Below are positions 52,077 through 63,717 of a stretch of DNA of 63,717 bases, in pieces. Position numbers and translations under genes: made by a program. How positions within the stretch are numbered: position 1 is the first letter of the stretch; each line of letters starts with the position of its first letter. Source of the stretch: Nemertoderma westbladi. Taxonomy: Eukaryota > Animalia > Xenacoelomorpha. Under the pieces are notes generated by a model. That model saw only the letters and a list, made by a program, of their open reading frames with translations, searched no databases and was not told the DNA's origin. The stretch lies in NCBI GenBank assembly GCA_032718475.1, contig JAUCBJ010001439.1, positions 1 to 63,717 on the forward strand, in the 5' to 3' direction.

Positions 52077-55000
52077 TGTTCGCGCTTTCAGACCTTTGGC
52101 AGTTTAACCCACCAAATTAAGATGTCTTCTAGATATTAAATCGGTTTTTAGTCTATGACAAGTATTTGATTCACTACACTAGTCGAAACCAATCTGTGCG
52201 CGATCATTCACCCGCTGGATATTCCCGGGAGATTGGGTTCGACGGTTTAATTTTATTGCTATGTAAGCCTAATGTATTATTCGACTGACAGTACTATATA
52301 ATCTCTGACAATATTATTCACCTTCGGTAATATTAACAGTTCCTTTAGGACGTGGCGCTTTATCTATATAAACAGAGTTATGACTTAAACTACTCACAAC
52401 GATATGGCTTAATTATAATTCACATATATGGCGCATTCTTTAGGAATTGCTTCTTTAACAGACTCACTCATACACAATGCTGCACAATACTGCACACTAA
52501 TCTGCCAATCTTCACTGATTTTAGTCACATATAAAAGGAACACAGACTGACTCATGTAGGGTCTATCAAATAACATTAGATTCACTTCAAACCACTTTAA
52601 CATAAGTCACAATCGTTTATCTGTAACCCTTCTCTCTTACCTTCGGTATATCAAGAATATTGGGTTTCGGGGTTATTTATCGTTATTCCAAATATATTTA
52701 TTCATCAACCATATTATGAAGAACTGACGGTAAATAGCAGTATAAAATGAATGTAAACACTGATTGTTATGAGTTTGCAATGTTTCAGCAGTCAGCATGT
52801 ATGATCAGTCAGCAGTGATTCCATGAGTTAAAGGATATATGCCCTTTATAATTAAACCTACTAGTGTAAGACTAAAAACTGAAAACACGGAGGTGCCAAA
52901 GCCGGTTCTTAGGCTCTGGGCAAAAACATAACACTGAACTACTGAGTTTCTGTATATACCTCCAACACAAAGACAACAAACGCTCTGATTGGTCAACCTG
53001 AACAACGAGAGAACAGAGAAACAAAGAAACGTCGACGTGGCAATATCAGCTGCTAGCTGTCGTCAAGGTAGCGACACTGTTTTCAAGAGTATCGAGCTTT
53101 TACGTCACGGAATTACGGATTATGTCCTCTAAAGTACAAATACAGAAGAAATAGCTTTTATGTCCGCTAAAACACCAGTACAGCAAGGACACGGCCTTTT
53201 TATGCCTGGTAAACCAACTACAGAGTATTTTACGGGAAAAATAAGGAAAAATAACCGGACAATTCAGCAAAAGCTTTTACACCGCTCCCAGAAAATGGGA
53301 TTTTCAGTCTATAAAATATAAAAATCACAGTTTCTAAAACATAAAGATACTCTAAACAGTTAGTCTTTCTTACGCAGACGGCGTTTACGCAGTTTTTTGA
53401 GGCTAGCAAGAGTCTTTTTCTCTTTGGGGGGAGCCACTTTACTAGGAGGGCCATAACTCCTGGGTGAAGGGTGCAATATGATTGCATCAGAAGGTGTAGG
53501 ATTGTGGTCGGGGTATCCGCCGTTTCGATATGCTTCTCCTCGAGCTGATTTTCCTCCGCTCGTAGCTGGATACGTTCATCCAAAAACTCTCGCAGAGAAT
53601 GGGTTGTCTAAGTGCGATATCTTCTTAGAGATTCTGGATTTCACAATCGAACTGAGATAAAGACAATTCGTTTATCGCTTGGACTTGCTGTTATAACTTA
53701 CGTTTATCTGAACAAACGTAGGTTTCCTTTCTGATCTTTGTAGAATAGCGTTTAACTCGTTTGGTACAACGTTCTCCGCCACTCTGGTGACAGGTTATAT
53801 CGTGTCAAGCCGGGACGATGGTAAGGGTTAAACGGCGATATTAAATGTCCGCGTCACAATCCGGCTAGGTAAGATGGGCGGCTAGCTAGAAATCACTGTC
53901 GGAGTGTTACCGATTAATTGTTAGGGTAGCACTAGATCTTTGAACAGTGAATACAGTCCGCGAGGATCCGCAACACCACCAGGATCGCAGGTCTGAGGTC
54001 CAACTAAGGAATGAGGAGGTTTGACCGAGTATTCCGGGACTCTGATCGTAGGTTTACTCCAGGATCGTTCGAGCCGAGTGAGCATAGGTGATACGTCAAC
54101 AAGTTTCGGTTTACGTGGATGTTTATGTCTTTCCGTTTATTAGTTGGGTCTAGGGCATTTATCGTAATAATACCAAAGACGCACGTCTGGTAGGGTAAAC
54201 GCGGGTGATATTTATTTGTTGTTACAATGCTTCTATCAAGAATTCCAAATATATGTTGGAGTTACCGCGTCCATTTGTTTCTTTAGTGTCTTTTCTTTCG
54301 AGTCGATTTCGAATAGAATTTTCGCATTCGAATTTCAGTTTATGGTTCCGACTCCGCTGGGCAGGATATATAGTCGACATAGCCTGTATTGTGTAAATCG
54401 ATAGGATGACCAGTAGTTAAGAAGACCATATACGTACCATTACGCTGCGTATATCGAGCAGCGAATTTTCTATAGTCCAACTCGCGCGAGCTGCTCTTGG
54501 GACATTGGCGGTTCGATATAACGACCGTCGTCCTCCGCAGCAGTTGGACTAACGTCGCCGCGTATTAAGCTATCAACAAACGCTTGTAAAAGTAGAGTAT
54601 ATCGCTCCCCGATACTAAGACCATCTTCTATCAACTCCGTCATATCTGCTATATATGAGTTTATCCATATTATAATGAGTTTATATTTAGGCGAGCGGGC
54701 GTCGCTGCCTACCCCAATCAACCCCCGGACAGTATGAGATCCTCAGCGCTGATGTGTCGTCGCCGCTGTACTTTCGCCAACGACGTAGCCGCACAACGAC
54801 AACGACAACCGGCACAAGTCACTCAACTGTCCGTCCCAAAGGCTTAGATGTACTTCAGGTTTTCCTTGGAGAGTTAGGTTACTTTTACGATTGCGACTAG
54901 CTACTGTAAACACACTTTAGCAGTAACATTCACCTATAAACTCACAAATACCACACACACAACTTGTCACAAATTACACACATTCGGGCCATTTGTCCAT

Positions 55001-58000
55001 TAGTCAATGCCTTCCAGAATGTCACTGTATTATTATGTATCCTTGGATACTAGTAGTGCGCTATTTATTCCCTATGCTATTCAATGGGACAAGCTTTCTA
55101 TTGTTCTTTTGACTCAATTCTAATTCTAGCGTGGTTGTTGCTATGGTGACATTATGCAAAGCTAGCGGTAGAATTAGGGTGATTCCAATGCATACAGATC
55201 TGGGATGTTATTTAATAGTATTCTTTAATAGTCAATGTCCTGTTTATACATGACTTTAAGAATTTTATCGGCTATTAACTATGTTTGGGAGACTTTCGTA
55301 CACGCATACGCATAATAATATAAATCTCCGCTCCCTTGATCTATTAATTTATGGAATTTTGGGAATGTTATAAATCGCGTAAAATGGCAATTTATTAAAT
55401 TCATTAAAAGACATGAATTTAAATTTATTCCCTGAAATTTTATTATTTGATAATTAAATGGGCATATTTTGATTCTAGAACATGTCTAGGGACACAAGAT
55501 CCTTAATTCTATGACAATTGTCTCTTTAAGAATATCGGTAAATGCTACGATATCTTAATTGACTAGAATTGTTGAAGGAGCTGAATTTTACAGATTTTGA
55601 CTTATTTGATTTGTAAATATTAACTAATTAATATTTGAGATGGGCACCGATTTATTCCAGAACTTGTCTGGGGACGTTAACCACTGATTCTAGAATTTGT
55701 CTTTCAAGTATATCGGTGGGTGCCGCGATATCTTAATCGACTAGAATTACAGATGGTCAAAAGGTTTAACAGATTTATGTGCGTTTTACGCTACTGTTAG
55801 AGGGACATCACGCTACTATATGTATTATTTAATATACGGTATGAGAGCAATATCGCACGAAGCAATGTCAGTGTGAAGAGGCAAGTCGTTTCCAAGGTCT
55901 ACCCAGAGCTTGGTTTAGCCGAGACACGAGGATCTGAACTTTGCATTCCTAATACTCTGCCTACCAATAATACTTAAATATAGTAGTGGCTTTATTGTAC
56001 TTTAATAAGTACGGACATTTCATCTTACTGTAGTCACGTATTTATAATATGATACGGACAGTAAAGAAAGAGGAAAAGAATTATTTCTTGCCGTCGCATT
56101 AAATATAATATATACGTAATTAAGTAATAAACGCGAATATATATTGCACTAATCTACTAAATAATCGCTAAAATAACATTCTACTGAATAAAATTAAAGA
56201 AAACGATTATAATAGAATTACATAGTAATACATACATAAATATAAAAATAATAAAATAATATAAAATAATAGAGTCACACACCCACTCCATATGTTGTTA
56301 CGTTATGGAATCCCTAGATGTTTGAAGGATTAGGGAGGTGGTCGTGGGAAGAGAATCTTGCCTTCCACAGTTTCCGGAGAGTCCTCCATTCCCTTCCGAT
56401 AAACACAAACGACCGACTGGGTGATTGAGTCGCTGCATCCTGAATACAATTCCAGGTTTCCTCTTCGTCCTGGAATAGTGACGATAGAAACATCGCTCAA
56501 AGTATATGACGGCGTCACAAAGCCGATTCCAGGAGCTATAGTGGTCCGTCGCTCTCTGCAGGAGAGGTGGGAGTCCCTGAGAGACGTCTGATGTTCCAGA
56601 GCTCCAATCGCTCTCTCTGATCTTCATGAAGGATCCACTCGCGGTGGGGAGGCCCAGATCCACAGCGTCGTCCCTGGCAACATGTAATACCGACAGATCT
56701 ATCCCGGGTTCAAATAACTCCGATCCACCCGTCCGGGTTTCAGGTTCGACTTTCTCCGCTCCCTTGGCTGGTCTAATCTCAGTCGGAGTAAGATGGGGAG
56801 GCCATTCATTCTCCTTACTCAGGAAGTCGGGTTCACCTAACCGGTCTGTAGTATCTGTCAGTTCTTGAGGAGTTGCTCCTCTGGAAGCGATGTCAGTTGG
56901 GTTAAACTTCTTGGGGCAATATCTCCATTGATCTACATTGGAGCTAAGATTGTCATTATCTGAGGAGTGTGGTGTTCCCTCAGTTGGGTCGTCTCCCTCA
57001 CTAGTATCATCTTCCCATTCACTCACCTGGCAGACGCGATCTTGAAGCAGTCTTTCTCTGAGCGTTCTACGGGAAGGTCCAGTAAGGTACCAACCTACTC
57101 TAGTTCTTACCGCATAGGTCTGTAGTGGCTGCGGTTGAGCAGGTCGTTTCTCTAATGTCTCCAGCGCCTCATGCGCGTTTTGGCCGATGAGTATTTGCAC
57201 TCCAGGATAATCAGTCTGGAATCGAGGTATGTTAAGATGTTGGATGCTCTCATCCTCGTCCCAATTATAAAGGTCTGCTTGAGTAGTAGCGAAGTTCTTT
57301 ATAGCCACCATTTTCACTGACCTTATACTGTATTCTCCTAGTTTATCCTGTGGGGTGGACAACTCACCTATATAATAGTCGGCAGCTACAGTAGAATTCC
57401 AAACCTGCATGATCCCTGACATGTTTAGCTTGGTTCGGAACTTGGGTTGTCCAGCAAAGATGACTTCGGCTAGTTCTTTATCGATGAATGTTCCTGTGCT
57501 ACCGGAGTCCAGGAGGGCGTTCACTATATAGCTCTTCTGAGGTCCGTGGACCCGTAACTGGACTACAGGAAATTCTCGGATTCCTATATTGGAAGTTGGC
57601 GCTTTCCAAGATGGTTGTTGATCGGAAGTAGTTAAGGTAAGGTCGCTGTCTGTGTCTTTCTCATACTTGAGTGCTCGATACACTGCGGTGGTGTTTATTA
57701 GGTAACAGGATTCGTTTTGGTCGGAGAACTCGTCCGTATAGAATCCTTCCATCTCAGATTGATCAGTGTCGTTCACATCACTGAATTGGACATGTAGTTC
57801 GGACTCACTTACCTGACTCGGGCTGTTTCGTTCGAATTCCGTGTGCAACAAGATATGATGTTTTGCGCCGCACTTCGCACACCTTGCGTCGGAGTTACAG
57901 GTTCGCCGTTGGTGTCCTCGTCTGAGACAATTATAACACAACCGCTTATCCCACATGACTTCACGTCTATCCTTTAGTGATTTCCTCAGGAATTTATCAC

Positions 58001-58493
58001 ACGCATTTAAACGGTGGGGCCCGTCGCACAGCACACATTTGGGCTTGATGTTACTTACTTTAACATGTGCTGTGTGGTGCACACTTGTTCTTTCCTCGGG
58101 CTTTCTCACCTGAATTCTTTTAGGAGACGTAGGAGGGGTTTTTTGTACCGGTTCCCTTCTGTCATTGGGTCGAGACTTGGATTTACTTACCTGATCTTTA
58201 GGCATTTTATTGACATAAGATCTGTCAGTGTCTTTCCCGCTGTCCTCTCCTTGAGAAGTTTGGCTTTCACCGTCGTCGGTATAACATACTGGTGTTACCC
58301 TTCTCCTAGAAACGGGTTTCTCACTTACCTTACTTTCCGCTGTCTTCTCTCTGGACTGCTTTATGAGCTGTAATTTCACCTCGCTATCCAGGAATGACAT
58401 GAGATCAGCCATGGTAGGGTCTCGTTGTTGTTGTTCCATCATATATAACACCTTCTTGTCCCAGCGTGTACCTACTCCACCCTTGGGCAAAGT
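52077..58493 (-). mobile_element. Defective long-LTR BEL element BEL-C: 3' LTR 52077-53281, internally deleted, cut at 58493 by BEL-D
   Basis: LTR TGTAAAAG..GCGAACA on the minus strand, preceded by TTTTCTGGGAGCGG (same PPT type as BEL-A); gag-protease ORF on the same strand. Confidence 0.8.
56298..58490 (-). pseudogene. BEL gag knuckles plus protease fused to the RNase H C-terminus (RT deleted)
   Basis: CVLCDGPH..C, CYNCLRRGH..C, CAKCGAKHH; ALLDSGS; TRVGWYLTG; then WRYCPKKFNPTDIASRG with no YxDD region. Confidence 0.88.
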
Positions 58494-59892
58494 TGTAAAA
58501 GCCTTTGCTGAATTGCCCCGTTATTTTTATTATCTTTTACATTAAAATACTCTGTAGTCGATTTAATAAGTGTAAGAGACCGTATTATTGCTGTATCGGT
58601 GTTTTTAGAGGATCTAAGACCTATTTCCTCCGTATGTGTACTGTGAAAGGCATATTTTATGATTCTATGGCAATTCGTGACGCAAAGGGGTGATAGCTAC
58701 TCTTGAACAGTAGTTACTATGACTACGGTTAACAGCTGACATTCATACGTGTTGATTTCCTTTGTTCTACGGCGTCTCTCAGTTCAGTCAGCCAATTAGA
58801 GCGTTTTTGTGGCTCCTTGTACAGAAAATTTCCGAGAAATGACGCAATGCCTATGTGCAGTGTTTACATTCAGTCCTGAGCCAAAGAAAGAACGGCTTAG
58901 AAGTATTTTGTGCTTTACTGTTTTAGCCGTACACTAGTAGGCTTAATCATAAGGACATATATCCGTTATCTAACTTGACTAACCTAACTCAATGCAATCA
59001 ATGCATACTGCAGTACTGCATACACTGCATACTGTGTAACACTGTGCATACTTTATATTGTTATACTGCTATTTGCTGTCTGTACTTCATAACCCCGAAA
59101 ACCCAATATTCTTGATATACTGAAGGTAAGAGAGAAAGGTTATACATAACGATTGTGACTTATGTTAAAGTGGTTTGAAGTGAATCTAATGTTATTTGAT
59201 AGCCCCTACATGAGTCAGTCCGTCTTCCTTTTATATGTGACTAAAATCAGTGAAGATCGGCAGATCAGTGTGCAGTATTGTGCAGCATTGTGTATGAGTG
59301 AGACTGATAACGAAGCATTTCCTAAAGAATGTGCCATATATGTGAATTATAATTAAGCCATATCGTTGTGAGTAGTTTAAGTCATAACTCTGTTTATATA
59401 AATAAAGCGCCACGTCCTAAAGGAACTGTTAATATTCCCGAAGGTGAATAATATTGTCAGAGATTATATAATACTGTCAGTCGAATAATACATTAAGCTT
59501 ACATAGCAATAAAATTAAGCCGTCGAACCCAATCTCCCGGGAATTATCCAGCGGGTGAATGATCGCGCACAGATTGGTTTCGACTAGTGTAGTGAATCAA
59601 ATATTTGTCATCGGCTAAAGTGATTTATTATCTAACAGACATCCTAATTTGGCGGGTTAAACTGCCAAAGGTCTGAAAGCGCGAACAATAACGGATATAG
59701 CTTCTTTATTGCAGTAAGCAATAAAGTCGAAAGTACCGGTCGACCGGTAACCAGTAGGCCTGACTGCCTGATCATCCGGACCGGTACCTACAGCAGTATT
59801 ATTCGATTTTGATTGTTATATACCAGTAGGCCTTAATAATTAATCAGGGACTGCAGCCCTGGTTTTTTATTGAGATTTTTACTTATTTCTGT

Positions 59893-60520
59893 CAAGTTTT
59901 ATTTGTTTGTAGGCCAGTATTGAACAGAAGGCGTGTAAGCCTGATCATATTGTACAGACAAGTTGTAGGCTGAGCTGTTGTCTGATTGCTGTTAAGTCTG
60001 AACGGATTGCAGTGTGTGTAGGTCACCTGTCCGATAAAGAACGGTTGGGAAGTTGGGGTAGCCATTGCTGTAAAGTAAACCCCCAATTAAAGAATAAGTC
60101 GTACTACTGGGTTAGAACGCATACTACCTAACTATTTCGGAGTCTGCATGTCCTGTAGTTTATTTAGGCTTGAGAGTAGTCTGCCATCGTTTGGTCTGTA
60201 CTTTGTTTGTGTAGTCTGTACAGGTAGCGTATAATATCATTTAGATAATTTGTAGGCTGGATAGTTGTCTGTCTGTTATTAGGTCTGAACGGATTGCAGT
60301 GTGTGTAGAGCCCTTGTCCGATAAAGAACGGTTGGGAAGTTGGGGTAGCCATTGCTGTAAAGTAAACCCCCAATTAAAGAATAAGTCGTACTACTGGGTT
60401 AGAACGCATACTACCTAACTATTTCGGAGTCTGCATGTCCTGTAGTTTATTTAGGCTTGATAGTAGTCTGTCAGTATTTAGTCTGCATTTTTGTTTGAGT
60501 GGTTTGTACGCGTAGCGTAA
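59893..60520 (+). repeat. 287-bp tandem duplication (2 copies plus partial third) in the BEL-D leader
   Basis: TGTCCGATAAAGAACGG..TTTAGGCTTGA repeated at 287-bp spacing. Confidence 0.9.
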
Positions 60521-61846
60521 TATTTATTATTCAGAGTTTATGCGATTATTCGCAACATTCAAGTCCCCAAGTTTGTTCCTACAGTAATTGTGTTTGTTAT
60601 ACATACCGCTATAGTTAAATTAACCTCGGTACTACACGGGCTGCTTGGCGTAGGTAAAGACTGGTGATTTTGTGCATCGGTCACTCCAGCAGATGCCGTG
60701 GTTCTTTTAGCTGTTCAAGTATATTTAATTACTGATTATCTGTTGTACAAGTACTCGTACCTAATTTAGGGTTTAGTGTACAGTGCTTTCCGAAAATAAT
60801 TAGTGTAGGCATTATATTTGTGTTGTAAAGTGGTTGATAGGCACATTCGATTAGCTCTATTAACTTCTAGGTAGGAACACTCGGTGATACATAACGTAGA
60901 ACCTATAGCGATACGGCTATAGGTCGTCAGGCGGTGGTATTTTTCTATCTGGACAACGCAGTGTATTTACTACTACGTATTATTTTCAAATACCGCAGTA
61001 CCCTGTCCGTTGTAATAACCAGTTTTCTAACCCTTTGTTAGGCTGGTTTGTAGACTTCTTGTAAAATTACCCTAAAAATTCGTATTTTGTGTTTTTTGTA
61101 AATTTTTGCATTTATTTAGAGATTGTAATCTCACCCGAATTGTACGTAATTTGTAGTATTAAGTAACTTAGGTAAATTAGTAATATTTGTTTTAGTGTCT
61201 ATAAGTAACACTTCACTGAAAGCGCACCGCTTTGTGTAGTGATTACTCCCCAGAAATAATAACATTTATTTCAAACATTGACAAAACCCATTAAAACGGG
61301 TATATATATATTATAAATCAAATCTAACGATTTATAAATAGTAGGCCTACCATACAACCATTAGGTCTCAATATCAGTTGGATTACTGCTTAAATAACGG
61401 TAATAAAGTAAGTTAAAGTAACCAAGTAACCCTAAAGTTCAGAAATTCAATTATTCCAAAATAATTGATATACCGGTATTTACGATAGGCCTATTATTTA
61501 TTTCTATAAATCTAGGCTGAAATTATACCGGTACTTGTAATTAATTCTATTCCAGAATTATATATACTACAAATTGTAAGCTGTATACCGGTATTCCGAT
61601 AGGCCTATTATATATTTATATATATTTGTGCTAAAATTATACCGGTATTCTGTGATAAACCTAGTCTGTAATAATATTTATATACTTATATATACTATAA
61701 GCATACCGGTATTTAATATATTATATATATCACGCTACACTGAGTAGCAGTACCGGTAATTAATTACTAGGCTAGCAGTTAATACTGAGTTACTAGACTT
61801 ACTCAGACTGTAATACAGCAGTAGACATTCAGCGGTATACATAGTC

Positions 61847-63717
61847 ATGTCTGATACTAAGCAGAACCTGTCAGACAGTATATTAGATGTAACTATCTGC
61901 GACTCAGATAGAGACGTACAACCGTCTGGTCGTAAATCCAGTTCACCTCCCACTGTGAGGAAGGTCATCCCTCCAGTAGTAATAACAGAACCTAGGCTAG
62001 TCCAACATCGTAGGTCTATCATAGGCACCCGAGCTCAGGTCAAGCGGGACCAACAAGCCGCGGAACAGCAACAACCCGCTAGTCAAGAATCTATTCCTCA
62101 GCGGCCCAGCAGCTCCAGTAGTGAGGATACTGTAGAGCTGACGCTCGAGCGCGGAACAGAGATGACGGATGCGGTTTATACGGATCCCCTTCTCATCCTT
62201 CCTGCAGCCGTGCTCACTGGGTTATTGATCGCGGTGGAAGAACACCAGATCGATTGGGCGAGAAGTCAACGGTCAACTAGAGATAGTTACGCGGGATACA
62301 CGAGTGAAGAACTGAAGTCTATTGTCGAGTCGCAATGGAACTTCCCCGGACCCGGACTCCCGTTTGATTTATCAGAAGCTGCCTGGGAAGACATACACCG
62401 GATGGGAGTAGCCAAGGAAACCATCGATCCAGCTGTGTGGAAGAGGTCCGCAGCCGGATACGCACAGGGATTCTTCAGCTCTATGGAGCGAGTAGAAAAG
62501 CAACTTTTTCAACAACCTCAAGGACCTCAAGAGCAGGGATCGCTGCTTTATCAAGTTAGAGAAAGAGTTTTGCGGATTAGGCTAATCTTATCCGCCTTTG
62601 AGGAGGCTTCTAAAAGAAAACAAGACACGTCGTTGCAAGTTGCCGTAAAAACTTGGTTTCAACGGGTGAGTCGCCAGGTTCAAGGAGCAGCTCGGTGGAA
62701 AGCTCAGTTGGAGGAGCGCTCAACCCATGGAGAATCGACGGACGCTACTTTTTCCCAAGTGGAAAGTGAAGTGACGGCAGAGAAACCGCATAAGAAGGAC
62801 GCCATTGATATCTATCTGTCAGACTATCAGCGTTTTTTGGGAGATGAAGAGTTGAGGAGAAGGCTAGAGGGACTTAGCCCTAATAGCGAAGGAGCCAAAC
62901 TCGTGTTAGATGCGATTGATGTGGATAGGTTAGCGGCGAACCAAGCTAAATTCGATGAACAACTCCGCATCGCTAGAGAACAAGAAGAACAAGTAAAGAA
63001 AAAACGTATAGAAGATAGAAAGACAACGGCAGTGGCAGCAGCAGTGGCAGCGGCAGAAGCCGAAAGAAAAGCGGCACTGGCAATAGCAGAGGCAGTGGTA
63101 GAAGCAGAACGGAGGGCATCTGAAGAGGCAACCCAACTAGAGTTGGAAATTCTTCAAGAGAAGCAGGACAACTTCAATAAACAGTTAACAGCGAGCAATA
63201 TGCGGATGATGAGTCGATCTACTCCCAAGAGACAGGGGTATACATCATCTGAGGAAGGCGATACCACCGACACTGAAGGCGGAAGAAATCGATCTCGCCT
63301 AAGCAGACGTAAAAGAACATTCCACCGTCAGAAATTGCCTGATTTGCCTCCAGCTGTTAGAAGGCAACTAAATAACACCAACTTAGGTAGTACAGAGCCC
63401 ACAGACCAAATAATTACAATAGAAAGACTCCCTACTATAGTAGATGAGCCTGAAATAATTAGGCCTGTTCTTGAAATCACCCCTTCGGTGATAGACACAC
63501 CTGTGCTCCCTGAAGCTACTTCTAAATTCCCTCTACATAGCACTAAGCTACCTGTGCCCAGTAGAACTGCCCAGGCGACAGTTCAGGTCCTGGACCCCGA
63601 GCGAAATATTACTGATTTGTCGCCCGTTGTCCCTCGTCTGCCCGCTACGACGTTGGCGGATCCCGTTTCGGCGGTTGATTGGGTGGACGAGAGACGGCGG
63701 GGGATGGACATTCTCCT
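61847..63717 (+). CDS. Probable BEL-D Gag N-terminus (partial; absent from the ORF track, apparently because no stop occurs before the window end)
   Basis: ATG at 61847 (MSDTKQNLSD..); long open frame with Ala/Glu coiled coil (AVAAAVAAAEAERKAA) resembling BEL-A ORF1. Confidence 0.7.
   Translation, partial: MSDTKQNLSDSILDVTICDSDRDVQPSGRKSSSPPTVRKVIPPVVITEPRLVQHRRSIIGTRAQVKRDQQAAEQQQPASQESIPQRPSSSSSEDTVELTLERGTEMTDAVYTDPLLILPAAVLTGLLIAVEEHQIDWARSQRSTRDSYAGYTSEELKSIVESQWNFPGPGLPFDLSEAAWEDIHRMGVAKETIDPAVWKRSAAGYAQGFFSSMERVEKQLFQQPQGPQEQGSLLYQVRERVLRIRLILSAFEEASKRKQDTSLQVAVKTWFQRVSRQVQGAARWKAQLEERSTHGESTDATFSQVESEVTAEKPHKKDAIDIYLSDYQRFLGDEELRRRLEGLSPNSEGAKLVLDAIDVDRLAANQAKFDEQLRIAREQEEQVKKKRIEDRKTTAVAAAVAAAEAERKAALAIAEAVVEAERRASEEATQLELEILQEKQDNFNKQLTASNMRMMSRSTPKRQGYTSSEEGDTTDTEGGRNRSRLSRRKRTFHRQKLPDLPPAVRRQLNNTNLGSTEPTDQIITIERLPTIVDEPEIIRPVLEITPSVIDTPVLPEATSKFPLHSTKLPVPSRTAQATVQVLDPERNITDLSPVVPRLPATTLADPVSAVDWVDERRRGMDIL

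Larger units (their letters stand above)
58494..63717 (+). mobile_element. Long-LTR BEL element BEL-D: 5' LTR 58494-59687, 2.1-kb leader, gag running off the window
   Basis: TGT..ACA LTR homologous (inverted) to 52077-53281; interrupts the BEL-C gag at TLPK. Confidence 0.8.

Noticed and set aside
52077-59687. DNA transposon with 1.2-kb TIRs carrying a gag gene
   Set aside because: The repeats are TG..CA LTRs of two elements: PPT beside one, PBS position and leader beside the other, no shared TSD

Overview
AT-rich eukaryotic, probably invertebrate, genomic window. It holds two convergent intron-containing host genes: a PhyH-family 2-oxoglutarate/Fe(II) dioxygenase (+, 26-12289) and axonemal dynein intermediate chain DNAI1 (-, 13008-49364). 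Their introns are filled with satellites and nested transposons. PhyH intron 4 carries a 13-bp satellite (~200 copies, each containing TACTAAC) and a young Gypsy/Mag-like LTR element whose 5' LTR was hit by a piggyBac-like MITE. The 31-kb DNAI1 intron 2 is largely a 43-bp satellite built from the exon-2/5' splice junction, split by a 25.7-kb BEL/Pao composite. That composite (BEL-A) has ~1.9-kb LTRs ending TA..TA, gag-pol, and an extra 1241-aa ORF (DEDDy 3'-5' exonuclease plus CCHC knuckles) interrupted by a second, conventional BEL element (BEL-B). Upstream of DNAI1 lie two more related long-LTR BEL elements (BEL-C and BEL-D) nested in opposite orientation. The most notable signal is that both long-LTR elements with a visible 5' LTR lack a tRNA primer-binding site. 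Instead the 11-12 nt next to the LTR are perfectly complementary to a site inside their own LTR, suggesting self-priming. BEL-A also carries about 10 dispersed copies of one hairpin motif. All calls were made by eye; no searches were run.
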